A stretch of DNA of 64,000 nucleotides from Callorhinchus milii (Eukaryota): NCBI RefSeq assembly GCF_018977255.1, contig NW_024704743.1, forward strand, positions 53,818,001-53,882,000, given 5' to 3'. The position numbers and the translations under genes were made by a program. The notes under the pieces are model-generated. The model made no database searches. It had not been told where the DNA came from and saw nothing but the letters and a program-made list of their open reading frames with translations. Below are positions 13,611-26,791 of the stretch, one piece after another (positions within the stretch are counted from its first letter, which is position 1; each line of letters starts with the position of its first letter).

Positions 13611-14002
13611 GTAAGTGGCTTTAGCGGTGATTACACACACATAACATACAGGAATGTTAATATGCAATGCTCAGTTGATTGGACTCATCCCTGAGTCAGA
13701 AAGTTATGGGTTAAAGGCCCAAGTTGAGAATTTAAGCTCACAGACTAGGCTGACAGTTCATTGCTGGGGGTGCGCTGCATTGTTGGGAGTGAAATCCTGT
13801 GAAGTGCTTTGAGCTTCCCCCGGTGGGAAAAGGTGCTATATCATGCAAGGATTTTTTTATTATTATTATAGGATTTATTAAAAAGTGTCAGCCTGGCTCG
13901 GTGGTAGGGCTCTTGCTGCTGAGTCAGAGACTTGGCGGTTCAGTTGGAACTTTGAGCCACAGTCCAGGGAGTTTCCCTAAAACATTAAAGCAAGGTCCCT
14001 GT

Positions 14003-14306
14003 TAATAATAATAATAATAATCCTTGCATTTGATATAGCGCTTTTCACGTCGGGAGGACGTCCCAAAGCGCTTCACAGAACACACTGTAAAGTGAATTGA
14101 CTGTATATTTGTGGGCGAACGTGGCAGTCAATTGCGCACAGCAATGTCCCACAAACAGTCATGGATTGAAGATGACCAATTTATTATTTATTTATTTTTT
14201 TTGGAGGGATTATTATTAGGCGTGTGGAGTAAGGAAACCTGCCCAAGGTTTCGCCCTGCCTGGAATTGAACTCAGGTCTCTCGCTTGCAAAGCGAGTGCT
14301 CTAACC
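14003..14306 (-). mobile_element. tRNA-derived SINE (short subtype)
   Basis: Same family as 18966-19297. Confidence 0.9.
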
Positions 14307-14931
14307 GTGGATGTTAAAGAATCATGACACTATTTTGAAAGTGAAGGGAATTTCTCCTGGAATCTAGCCAACAATCCTCAGATTCATTTCATAGTTTTGG
14401 GACATTGCTGTGGCGTAGATTCAACTATGAAACAGCTACTGCAAAATGACTACACTTCGCAGTAAATTCTACAAAGTGTTTTGAGACGTTCCAACAATGC
14501 AATAATGAAGGAATTCTTATTATTTTAGAAAAGAAAAGAAGATACTGGGTTCAAGACTTGAACATCAAGATTGTTTTTTTTAAAAAATTGTTCTAAAAAT
14601 GAACGTGGGGAGAACATTTCCTGATTCTGCATTCACATGTGGCAAGTGGGAATTCTTTCCGCTAACGGAAGAACGTCACGCTGACTCATGGGAGTTCCAT
14701 CTGAAAGTACATTGGTTCCTGCGAGTTGGCATGTTGTACTTCCAGATTCCCAGAGTTGGGAATTTGATTTAAAATAGCTGTTTTTTTAGACCCCAGTGTG
14801 AAGTTATGTATTTTTAGGTTCTGAATTCAAAACATGTTCTCACCAAATACCCCTTGAAGCTCCACCCAGAGATTTCAGTCCTGAAATGCTTCCCATCAAT
14901 GATTCTTTCAATGACTCTTCACAGGATGCCA

Positions 14932-15045
14932 GCTTAACTAGAAACTGACTGAACTAGATACTGTTTAACTCGATACTGACTTAACTGGAAATTGCCTTAA
15001 CCAGTTTAACTAAATACCAATTTAATTGGACACCGACTTAACTCA
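14932..15045. repeat. Degenerate ~16-bp minisatellite (GACTTAACTAGATACT-like), ~7 units
   Basis: Recurrent ttaact..atact units. Confidence 0.7.
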
Positions 15046-16849
15046 ATCTGGTGTCTTCTCATTCAGATGCCTTTTAATAAGCAGTCAAAACAATTTGTGA
15101 TTAACTTTTGACATTCTTATTTTTGTTTCTAATAATTTTAATAAAAAGTATTTTCATCTAAACATTTGAATGCGGGCAAAATCCTAACTGTGGGGGGCGA
15201 GCATACAGGACTGTCTCAGAAGAATGATGTGAGAGAACTGATTAACCTATATGCTGTCAAGATACGCACCGGTTAAATGGTTCCAGGTTAGGCTTTATGG
15301 ATTAGGCTTAATTAGTACTAGCTGCTCGTGTTTTCACTTGCTGGAATCTGCCTCTTAAAAGGCCTGTCTCAATATTTAACAAGATGTTTCTTTTTAAGAA
15401 CTGAAGTGAATTGGCTTCCAAATTAAGCCTTAATTTAAGAATGTTTCCACAATTCCTCGCCATCCTAAATTTTAAGACAAAGTGGTTCTTATCAGCCAAG
15501 ACTAAGGTGGAATTTCGGGCATCGATGCTTAAACAAAAATATTCACACCTGAACCGAAATTATTCAGGTGTGCTCCAGGGCATTGCTGGTGACAACCTGG
15601 CTCATCGGTAGAACTTGGAAGGGCAGACCAGTCACTGCTCTTCATGGCAAGATATGTGGCTTTAATTGGTTAGACTCCAGCAATACCCCAACATGCACTC
15701 TGGGGTCCCCAAGCTTTGGCTCTTGACAACCTGCAGCTAATACTTTCCAGAATTAGGTAAGCAGGAAGTGTCCCTCCAGGGAGAGCGTGCACATTCCAAC
15801 AATCTATCTCTGGGATTTCTATGTGTAGGCAAGAACTCTGTTTGGTTTGGTTTCCGCATGTGTTGGATACCCGGCTGATCAAATAAAAAGAACAGAAATA
15901 GACAGAAGCAAAATTGAAAAGCAAAGCATGCTGAAAGTAATTCATTCCAATGCTTTGATTGAGAATTTTACGAATGGTGAGACTCTTTATTACAGTCCTT
16001 GTTTGCTAATCCTTAGAGGGATATTCTGAGTGAGTTATGAATTTCTCTTTCACATTTGGAGCTTGAAGTCATGAGGGATAAATTCTGTTTTTATTCTGTG
16101 GAAGAAAATTAGCCCTGAGAAGGCAGCCTTTCAAATATTTATTTAATATGTGACAACTCTCAAGTGATAATTCATTGCTCAGATATATATTATTGTTTTA
16201 CATTTCACTGCTGTGAATTACCACCCATTGAATTAATCAACACACACTCTAGGGCCCCCCAAGCCTTGGCTCTTGCCAACATGTGCTTAATACTCTCTGA
16301 ATTAGGTAAGCAGTCTCAAGGGGGAAAGTGCGCATTCCATTCCAGACATGGAAATTTCCATGTGTAGGTAGCATTCATGGAACTTTCACTCTGGTTTGGA
16401 TACTCTTAGCATGGTGATGGGTATCTGCATGTGTCAGACACCTGACTGACCCCAAAAAATACGATCCCAAGGCTTCTGCTGTCTTGTATTGTTACACAGT
16501 GCTTTGAGTCAAAGGCTTACCTGCATCCTGCAGTTTATCGCCATAAATCCAAATAGTAAATATTTGTTAAATATACATGACAAGATGACAGCAGCTCTTG
16601 TGTTTCATCTCTGACTTTGAGTTTGTGTTAAAATTATGTTAAAAACAGTAAGGCTTTCGTTAAATTCTTACATTTGTGAATTGCAAAGCTGGCAATAAAA
16701 TGAGAAAATGTACAATGAAGCTGCTGTTGGATATGCATTGGACAGTCAGTTTACAGGATCACAGTGGCTCTTCATGTACAAAATCAGATGTTTTATTCTA
16801 CAGCAAACCAACAGTCTAACCTCGGTTCATCTTCTGCTCCCCTCTCCAG

Positions 16850-16940
16850 CTGCAGGGCATTGCGGAACCTTAACTCCTTCTTCGCCATTATCATGGGTCT
16901 GAACAGCGCTGCTGTCTGCCGACTGGGACAAACATGGGAG
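16850..16940 (+). CDS. RAPGEF5: RAPGEF5-like exon (RasGEF domain)
   Basis: ctctccag|...gag|gtaagg; CRALRNLNSFFAIIMGLNSAAVCRLGQTWE. Confidence 0.95.
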
Positions 16941-18290
16941 GTAAGGAGAGAGTTTAGTCAGGTGTTACACTGCTGGCGAGAGGGAATAAGTGACCCCCTG
17001 TGTAAGAAAAGAGCAAACATATTTATGGTAGTGGACAGTTTGATTGATTGACACAAGCTGCATTGTTCTGTGCAGGTCATGAACAGTGCTGGGTGCACAA
17101 ACTCTCAATCATTGAGGGAGTTTGTGTTTTCTGCTTATAAATCAACCTTCTCCCCTCCTCCAAGCCTATTATGAGTGGGAGGGTGGAGGGAGGGGGACTG
17201 CAGCACATGACAGTATCACAAGTGATATTAACACAGCAAGCAAAAGTATGATAAACAACAGCCAATAGTTCCCACTAACCTCAGGATCAGAGATGTAAAC
17301 CCAGCACCTTGCGACTTCCTCCCAACATGAAAGGTATTATGTAAATTTGTTATTGTTGTTTCTTCCCTGATCGCAGTAACAACTATCGACTACTGTTGAC
17401 CATGCTGTTAGGGTTAGTTTAACCTAACAGTTTATTCTGAAGAGTGCTTTGAGACATCTCAATAACGTAATAAGGCACTATATCAAATGCAAGTATTATT
17501 ATTGTCACTGATGCTAATATCTAATGTTGAAATGCCCTTACCCCCGCATTATTATTTGCAACATGTCTTTAAATAAAGAGACTTTCGTTAAGTCCTGGTG
17601 TTGGGGTAACTATCCAGCAGCATTCAGTTGTGTCATGGTGAAGAAGGAAGTGATATCAGAGGTGTCGCGGTACAGGGAGATAATTTGCACTTTCTGATCT
17701 AAGCATTTACACATTTACTGTGTAAATGCTTATATCTCTGTTGTTATAAAGGACAACTCACTAACCTGCTAACCTGTATAGCAAAGAATGAGAAAGGGAA
17801 ACCTTCAGAGCCCCAAAATGCCACCCAATCTCAACTTGTCAGACAGGTTTGTTTAAAGTGTAGTGATGGTATTTTGCAGGTGAAACATTCTTACATCCAA
17901 TCTTAATTTGGGCGCATTTTTTTGCTTAGGTCTTCAATAGAACTGGCTTCCTAGTTAATTGACTGTATTTAAGAGTATCTCACAAAGCTGTGTATTCTTA
18001 AATCTTAAAACAAAATGGCTTAGAGGCTAAGACAAGGTGGAATTTCAGGCCTCTGGTTTTCCTAATAGATAGCATATCACTCCTCTGTCCACATGGGAAA
18101 TAATGAATAGAAGGAAGCGATTATATGAGAGAGGCAGAATGCTGTACTTCATATTATAATCTGCCTCACAGGTACAGGCAAATATCTGCGAGTTATATAA
18201 ATATTATTTACAGACTGATATCAAATGCACTGACTTTCACGTTTATGTTTCTAGTAAACTCATTTGTATTATTCTTTTTTTCCTCTATAG

Positions 18291-18341
18291 AAAGTGCCTG
18301 GGAAATTTAAAAGGCTTTTCTCTGAACTTGAAAATTTAACA
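18291..18341 (+). CDS. RAPGEF5: RAPGEF5-like exon
   Basis: ctctatag|...aca|gtaagt; KVPGKFKRLFSELENLT. Confidence 0.95.
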
Positions 18342-18965
18342 GTAAGTGTCACCGTGTACTTGAGAACACTTTGCATAGTTGCGCAAAGTCCCGTCTGCCT
18401 ATTCTGCTGTGGGTTAAACCTCCCATAGGAACAACTGCAAAAAGAGCAGTGAGTTTCTCCCAGTATCCTGGCCAATCTTCCTCCCTCATTCAAATTTACG
18501 AGTAAACAAGATTAGTCAGACACCTTATTGGTGCTCTGGGTCACTGCTGGCACAGATTAGCTGATGCCTTTACCTATGTGAAAAAAAAGCCACTATTCTT
18601 CAAAATAAACTCGCTGTCTGAAACGTTTTGAGACGATGTGACAAAGCACTGCATCAGATGTAGGGATGATTATTTTATCGTTGTAATAAAATCACAGCAA
18701 TATGTTGTCAAGATGTATTTAGGACAGCAGCATCTAAAACTCACTCTAGTGGTTTAACAGCTGTGTGGCCACCTGCAAAACCATCCACAACAGACACAGG
18801 GCTTTCTCCCTCCTGGCAATGCCATGCAGCACCCATCACACCTGAGATTTGGGCTCAGACCCAAGATCTGGTTGGATTTATCCCATGCCTGTGTGCTTTT
18901 TGCTTTTCCTTCAGAAAATGCTGTTTTACATCATTGATGATACTACATCATGTTTTAAGACATCG

Positions 18966-19297
18966 TGGAGTCCTGTAGCTCAGTGGTTAGAGCACTCGCT
19001 TTGCAAGTGAGAGACCCGAGTTCAATTCCAGGCAGGTCAGGGCGAAACCTTGGGCAAGTTTCCTTACTCCACACGCCTAATAATAATCCCTCCAAAACCA
19101 AAAACAATAATAAATTAGTCATTTTCAATTCACGATTGTTTGTGGGACATTGCTGTGCGCAATTAGCTGCCGCGTTTGCCCACAAATATACAGTCAATTC
19201 ACTTTACAGTATATTCTGTGAAGCGCTTTGGGACGTCTAGAAGACGTGAAAAGCGCTATATCAAATGCAAGGATTATTATTATTATTATTATTATTA
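18966..19297 (+). mobile_element. Full-length young tRNA(Ala)-like SINE
   Basis: A box TAGCTCAGTGG, TTTGCAA loop, B box GTTCAATTCC, Deu-like core, L2-like stem-loop, (ATT)8 tail. Confidence 0.92.
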
Positions 19298-19549
19298 TCC
19301 ATGATGAGGGAGCTTTCCCCTTTCCTATCAAGAGCTGCACCAAAATTGGGGGTTGTTCGATGTAGATGATAATAGCAAAAGTAGAAGATAATATAATTCC
19401 GACAAACACCCCAAACATTCACTCTTCTGCCCCCCACCTCCATTGAATTATTTTTAAAAAGATGAAGTAAATTTCCAGGCTTATTTGCGGTATTTTGTGG
19501 CATTTGCTTTGTTCTGCATTAAAACATGTTAAGTCTTGTCTCCTCACAG

Positions 19550-19637
19550 GACCCGTCACTGAACCATAAAGCATACAGAGACGCCTTCAAGAAAATGCAA
19601 GCACCAAAGATTCCCTTTATGCCTCTGCTACTAAAAG
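19550..19637 (+). CDS. RAPGEF5: RAPGEF5-like exon
   Basis: ctcacag|...aag|gtattc; [29 protein letters not shown]. Confidence 0.95.
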
Positions 19638-19779
19638 GTATTCACACCCTGGGCAGGTGGTTTCTTGGGGGGGGTTTGGGGGAGGAAGGAGGTACTTTTT
19701 TTTATTGTGGTGTCAATGATTAACTTGGATTATTTGATTATAACAACAAATTACGATAACTTCACTTAGGGTATGTCTC

Positions 19780-20440
19780 AGAGCTTTATACAGAAAGGGG
19801 GAGGGTGAGAGGAGAAGGCCATTGGTTTGTTTGGAGAGACGGCATTTGAATTGGTAAAGATAGAAAGTGACGGAGATGGAGTGGTAGAAGAACAGTGGGG
19901 GCACAGGAACTGAAGGCTTGGGCACTTGCAGTGGCATCGAGAGGGTAGGGGATGCTCAGCAAACCCAAGTTAGCCCAAGTTAGCTGAGCGAAGTGGATGA
20001 GTCGGAAAGGAGAAAGTCAAAGAGATATGTAGGTAGTAGGAAGTGGATGGATTTGTGAGAGAGAGAAGACCTTCACCTTATTCTGATTGGAGACAGGGAG
20101 CCAGTGGAGACTGTTAAGGACTGGGATGATGGGCGTGAAGAGTTTGATATGGGCCAGGATGCATGCATCAGAGTTTTGGATGAATTGCAGTTTGTGAATG
20201 GTGGAGTTAGAGAGATCATTGAGGAGTGAGTTGGAAAATGCTTGAACTCGATGTGACGAAGTTGTGAATGAGTGTTTCAGCTGCCTTGGATGTGAGATAG
20301 GAGAGGAGGCGGGCGATGTGGTGAAGGGGAAGGAAAGCGGTCTTGGTGAGGGACGTGGCGTGTGGGGAAAAAGGAAAGCTGTGGATCTGTCCAGATGCCA
20401 AGGTTGCACACTAGTTTGGAGAGTTTGAGAGAGAGAGGCC
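19780..20440 (-). mobile_element. Old L2 fragment
   Basis: KLQFIQN and LHWLP motifs on -. Confidence 0.8.
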
Positions 20441-20989
20441 AGGGAATTTGAATACGTCAGAGAGATGAAGAGAGGGGATATTGATACAAGCTGAGATTAA
20501 AGACATATCAGTTTGATTCAGCTGGTAGCACTCATGCCTCTGAGTCAGAAGGTTGTGAGTTCAGCCCCATGTGAGGACCTTGAATTCACATCATCTAAAT
20601 GAACACTGTAATGCAGTGCTGGGGGCATGCTTCATTGTTGGAGGTGCCGTCCTTCAGGTGAGACGTTAAGCCAAGGTCCTGTTTTCCTATTCAAGTGAAA
20701 TATCAAGATCCCATGGCACTATTTGAAAAGAGAAGGGAGTTTTTCCCGGTATTCTGGCCAACAATCCCTCAAATAAAATTGGTCACTCACTTCATGGCTG
20801 TTTGTGGAACATTGCTGTGTAATGTTCGGTTCCTGTGTTTTCCTACAAAAGAACAGTCACTATACATTGAATTCTTTAAAGTGCTTTGAGACACTTTTCT
20901 GACCTGAAAGGCATTGTATCAAATGAAAGGATTATTACTATTATTATCCACATTTACCTCATCTAAATACTAAACGTGTCTCTTCTCCA

Positions 20990-23562
20990 ATTTGCCTTTG
21001 AACACTTTACCATCTACCACCTCTCCAAGTTTTCCTTCAAAATCCTCCTTGTCTACCGTCCCCCCAAGCCTTCCGCCACCTTCCTCTTGGATATCTCCAC
21101 CCTCCTATCTTCCCTCTCCCTCTGCTCTGAGCACCTCCTTATCTTAGGAGACTTCAACCTCCACTTCACCCCCTACTGCTCTACCTCTGCCAACATCTCC
21201 TCCCTCCTCTCTTCCCTCAACCTCTCCCTCCTCATCCACTCCACCACCCACCTCCGTGGCCACCCCCTTGACCTGGTGATCACCCAGGGCTTCACCGTCT
21301 CAGACATCACCATCGTCGATAAAGCCATCTCGGACTACCACTTCATCTCCCTCAACACCTCTGTACCCCTTCCCCCTTCCCAACCCTTCACCAATACATA
21401 CTGTCCATGGAAAAAAAAATTCTCCCTCTCCACTGCCCTGGAGTCATCTGAACTCCTCCTCTGGCCCTCACTGACCGATCTCCCCTCCTCACTCTCCTTT
21501 CTCCACAACTCCCTCTCCTTCATTCTGGACTCCCTTGCCCCCCTCACCTCCTGAACTGCCTCATGCTCCCGTAAAACCCCTGGTACATCAACCATCTCCA
21601 TTCCCTCAAGGCACAAGTGCGAGCTGCCGAACGTACCTGGACCAATTCCAAACTAACGGTCCATCGGCAGATTTGGCTTCACCACACCAAGACCTACCAC
21701 TGCACTTTTACCTCCGCCAAATCCTCCTTCTACTCCAAGGTTATCTTGGAGCCAAAGGACAACCCCCGGCTTCTCTTTTCCACCACTAACCGTCTCCTCC
21801 GTCCACCTTCCCATGCCTCGCCCATCCTCTCCTCAAACTCCAACTGTGAGGAGATGCTGGACTTTCTCAAATCTAAAATCGAGGGGATACGTTCAGCCAC
21901 CTCAGCCCCGTCCACAGCCACCCCACATCACCTCTCCCTCATGACCCACCCCCCACCCATCCCACCCCTATAAACCTTTGACCCTATCTCTCCCTCCTCC
22001 CTCACCATGACTGTCCACAAAGTCAAACCCACCACCTGCTCCCTTGATCCCATTCCCACCTCTCTCCTCATCTCCCAGCTCCACCTTCTGGCCCCCCCTC
22101 CTGTCTGATGTCATCAACCTCTCCCTGTCCACCGGTTCAGTTTCCACCCCCTTAAAAATGGCCGTCATAATAATAATAATAATCCTTGCATTTGATATAG
22201 TGCTTTTCATCATCATCCCCATCCTGAAAAAACCTTCCCCAGATCCATCCCTCCTCTCCAGCTACTGCCCGATCCCTAACCTCCCATTCCTCTCCAAGTT
22301 CCTGGAACGAGTCGTTGCATCCCCGCTCCGCTCCTTTCACTCTCTCCATTCCCACAGCACGGAAACAGCCTTGGTCAAAGTCACTAATGATATTCTGAAC
22401 ATCTGTGATCAGGGCTCCCTCTGCCTTCTTGTCCTTCTCGACCTCTCTGCCACCTTCGACACTGTCGACCACTCCATCCTCATACACCGCCTCTCCACTT
22501 TACTCAATCTTCACGGATCTGTCTTTGCCTGGTTCGATTTCTATCTCTTTCACCATCTCCACTTTGTTGCCTCTAACATGTATGCGAATGACACCCAACT
22601 CTATCTTTCTGCCTCCACCCTCAACTCCAGGACCACTGCTGTCCTGACAGACTGTCTGTCGGACATCAAGTCCTGGATGAGGGCAAATTTCCTACAGTTA
22701 AATGTGAACAAGACTGAGGCCCTCCTGATTGGCTCCCGCCAGCGCCTCAGCACCTCAGGCTTTGGCAGCATCAACCTCCATGGTTGCACACTTCAACTCA
22801 CCAACTCATCAGCCAGTCAGGAACCTAAATGTCTTGTTCGACCCGCAACTGTCTTTTCTCCTCCACATTCAAGCCATGACACGCTCTGCCTTCCCTCACC
22901 TCCGTAACATCGCCCGATTCCGCCACTACCTCACCCCTCAGGTCACTGAAACTCTTGTTCATGCCTTCATCACCTCCAGGCTCGACTATGCAAATGCCCT
23001 GCTTGTCGGCCTTCCCAACTCCCCCGTCCACAGGCTGCAGATAATCCAGAACTCTGCAGCCTGTGTCCTCTCCCGCACCAAACTCTGTGACCCCATCTCC
23101 CCCATTCTCACCCAACTCCATTGGCTCCCTGTCCTTCAGAGGATCCAGTTCAAGATCTTGGTCCTCAATTACAAAGTCCTCCATGGCCTTGCCCCACTCT
23201 ACCTCTGCGACCTCCTAACCCCCTACCAACCCGCCCGTTCCCTCCGCTCAGCCGGCTCCGACCTGCTCCACGTCCCCCGACCCACCCACCCCACCATTGG
23301 CGGGAGAGCCTTCAGCCACTCTGCCCCCAACCTCTGGAATTCCATCCCCCAGTCACTCCGCCTCGCCCCCTCCTTAGCCTCCTCAAGTCCCGCCTCTAAA
23401 CTCTCCTCTTTGACCATGCCATCGGCCACCCCACTTCCCCTCCCCTCCTTTACCCCCGCCACCCCAGCTCGGGTCGGAAATGCAATACTCTGTCCAGCGC
23501 ATTGGGACGTCCTCTCAACGCAAAAGGCGCTATACAAATGTAATCTTGTTGTTGTTGTTGTT
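20990..23562 (+). mobile_element. L2 LINE, long 5'-truncated copy (APE endonuclease + RT, frameshifted)
   Basis: VYRPP, LGDFN, GHPLDL, SDYH; HSTETALVKV, YANDTQLY, SRLDY; (TTG)n tail. Confidence 0.95.
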
Positions 23563-23567
23563 ATCAG

Positions 23568-23632
23568 ATGTGACGTTTATCCACGAAGGAAACAAAACTT
23601 TTTTGGACAATCTTGTCAACTTTCAAAAACTG
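23568..23632 (+). CDS. RAPGEF5: RAPGEF5-like exon
   Basis: gttatcag|...ctg|gtttgt; (D)[21 protein letters not shown]. Confidence 0.95.
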
Positions 23633-24156
23633 GTTTGTGAATTCCATAATTTTATATTTTGTTAAATGGTTATCAGTCTGGATATTGTTATACATTTTAG
23701 CAAAGTATCATGATAAATTTCAGGCTTCTAGTCAGGACAAGATCAAGTCTCCGATGTTGTCACCTTTGTCAATGTTGACTTGACATTATTTGTGCATAGA
23801 ATAATAAAAATGTACAGCACAGAACAACAACTTGTTTTTATATAGTACCCTTCACACAGGGAGCATCTTGGAGAGCTTAACAGGGAGCCAGGTAGAAAGG
23901 GGTGGAGACCATTGGCATGGTCTGCAAGTGTGATTTGAAGATGGGTGAGGGCGGAACAAGGCGGAGGGATTGAAAGAGTTCCACAGTTTGGAGCGTAGGC
24001 GTTGAAAACACACAACTGACTTATTGTATAATTCACACTGTCACACTCAATTCATGCTAAATTCAGTGAACTACAATACAGTAATGATATTGTTACAGCT
24101 GATGCTCACTGCACTGTTTCTAACTGTGTTGTAAAAATCTCTCCTTCTGCTCCTAG

Positions 24157-24211
24157 CACATGATTGCCGACACCGTCAGATTGCTGAGACACTGCAGGAG
24201 TAACCAGAGCA
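24157..24211 (+). CDS. RAPGEF5: RAPGEF5-like exon
   Basis: ctcctag|...a|gtaagt; HMIADTVRLLRHCRSNQS. Confidence 0.95.
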
Positions 24212-25449
24212 GTAAGTGACCAAAATCTGTTTGTTTAGCTGTTGGTTGGTGTGGGTCGACGAGCCTGCCTTTTTGGCATGAGCAGGCAGTGTCGATGTTG
24301 GCGGGCTGACAACCAGGAAGCATAGAAATGTGCAGCACGCAATGAAGCCATTGTGTCTGTGCTCTCTGAAAGAGCTATTTTGCCCACAAAATATACAGTC
24401 AGTTCACTTTACAGTATATTCTGTGAAGAGCTTTGAGACGTCTCAATGAAGTGGTAAGGAGCTATCTCAAATGCAAGGATATTATTATCCATTTAGTGCC
24501 ATTCTCCTTGCCTTTCCCCACACCCTAATATTTCTCTTTTTCAGATACAGATATTTATCTAATTCCTTCTTGAAAGCTAATATAATTCTGCCCCAATATC
24601 CTAAAATTCCACTGGGCAAAAAAACATCCTTTTAGCCTCTTCTTTGCACTTTTGGCATATAGCATAAATCTTATGCCTCTGCTGTTAAATGCCTTATTTA
24701 GATTGTGTTTTTTGCAATAACTTGATGTGAGAAAAGTGGTGTAAATCCTGCGCTAAGCACTGTGGCTCAACTCCAGAGACCACCTTGAGGAAGATACCTA
24801 ACCTGATTGCTGTATAAATGTACCCGATGCCAAGAGATTCAATCTCTGGCTCGGTGTCAGGCCACTGTCAAACACTCTGAGTTGCTATCCTGCGTGAGGG
24901 GTGAGGCAGAGGTGTAGAGGCAAGGAGTTCCAGAGGTTAGGATGTAGTGCTGGAAGGCTCTGCCATTGATGGTGGCACAAAGGGGTCAGTGATAACAAGC
25001 CATTTGGTCCATGTTCTTGTGGTCCATGTCACTGTTTATACTCCACATGAGCCTCCACTGTCCTAATCTCCTCTCTCACACTGTTCTATTCCCTTCATGG
25101 GTGATAATTAGCACTTCACATCACACAGAATTATTACATCACACAGCTCATTTTCTACCCCTATATTAGGAAATTCCACAATAAATAAGTACTGGAAAAG
25201 CATTCTTTTTATCAATTGGTGGCAGTTGGCGAGTCCAATTTGTTTGGATCGATTGGGATCTATTTTTGAATTAATTGGTTTGATTTTATTTTGCAAATTG
25301 CTATGTCTTAAGATGGGATTTAAAGCTAGATAAAGAGGGGGTGAGGCAGAGGTGTAGAGGCAAGGAGTTCCAGAGGTTAACATGTAGTGCTGGAAGGCTC
25401 TGCCATTGATGGTGGCCAAATTCGGTAATATTTGCTCCTCCTGATCCAG

Positions 25450-25568
25450 GCACAGAGGGAACGTATAAAGAGCACCAGGATGTGAAGACTTACATCCAGT
25501 ACCTGCACATTATCGACAACCAGCAGATGCTGTTTCAGCTTTCCCACAGATTGGAGCCAAGGACCTAA
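25450..25568 (+). CDS. RAPGEF5: RAPGEF5-like terminal coding exon
   Basis: gatccag|; KEHQDVKTYIQYLHIIDNQQMLFQLSHRLEPRT*; C-terminus fits RAPGEF5 (LSHRIEPRV) better than RAPGEFL1 as recalled. Confidence 0.93.
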
Positions 25569-26791
25569 CTGAAGCTTCCCCCTCCAGTCTGGCTGGTCAT
25601 GGAGAAATGTACTGCAAGAGAATAACTGCAAGAGATGTAACTGTGGGAAAGTGAATCAGTGAGCACCTCACACCAAAACATGGACACAGTTGTTCGTAAA
25701 AATTCACCACAGAAGGTGAAAAAGCAAAGCTAAGTTACCTTTATGACAGAAAGGCAGATTGGGCTGATGAGTCCCTGGTGCGGCTTCTAGGGCGAAGGTC
25801 CTGTTAAACTTGTGTAAGATGTTCCACCAACATGACACTCAGCAGCCAGAAACTGAGGCACATTCACTAGACTTTGCTTAACTGAAGCTGATGGGAATTG
25901 TACCCACTGCCTTCCAGCCATGTGGAACTGATTTATACTGACATCACCTTACTGAGCAAAGCTAGTAACAAAAATGTATTATTTTAATGATGGAGCAATG
26001 TATTAAATGCAAAGATTATTATTATTTTCCTTCAGGAAATCTCATTGTTTGGCACAGTTTGAAACCTGAGCTCCTGTGTAATAAGCGTTATCTTATGCAA
26101 AACGGGTCAAAAATTCTGATCTTTATTTAATTACACGATTGGTGTTAACAGGGACCCCTGAGACATGGCGGTCTCCTGTCATCTAATCAAAACAGTGCCG
26201 AGAGTATTTGTGGAATAACATTTTAAAAAGCACATTTTATAAGTTAGGCTAAAGTCTGTAAATAAATAACATGTTCAAACGGGGGTTCTCCCAGTATTTA
26301 ACCTTGTAGGCCTTGAACAAACATTGCCCCATTCTGCTGTTTGTGCTGTGTGCGAGATGCTCAGTCTACATGCTTTAGTAGAATAGGCATGTCTGAAATA
26401 CAACGAGGACCAACTGTCCGATTAACCCTAGCAGCTTTGACAAGTGATTTCCACTGAATGTTTATAACTGTGGGTGTCCAGCTTTCAATATTGTCTCTAG
26501 TATTTTGACTTCACTTATTGAACAACACTGATCAGCAGAGATTTCAATAAGGTTGTTTGTTGCATTGGAATGTACAAGACTGGAGAAAACCATTGCAGTC
26601 TGTCTGTCCAATTGTTAGTATGGATGGACCAAAAACAATCCACATGGAAAGGGAGGGTAGGAAGGCCACATGAATACTTTGGTGTTTAATACTTCCTAAA
26701 GAGTGTTGTGCAGTGGGAAGTCTATGATGTAGTCTTGTATTTTTGCCACTCGATGGCGGTGTTGCACTTTGAAACTTATCTTAGGATTTAT

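Noticed and set aside
14932..15045. CRISPR-like array
   Set aside because: Eukaryotic context and no unique spacers; simple minisatellite
18966..19040. tRNA-Ala-like gene (also 12792, 45860, 53348)
   Set aside because: No proper acceptor stem; it continues into a SINE body and tail, so it is a SINE head
3406..25568. RAPGEF3/4 or RAPGEFL1 identity
   Set aside because: [16 protein letters not shown] and HMIADTVR motifs match RAPGEF5 as recalled; a phylogeny would be decisive
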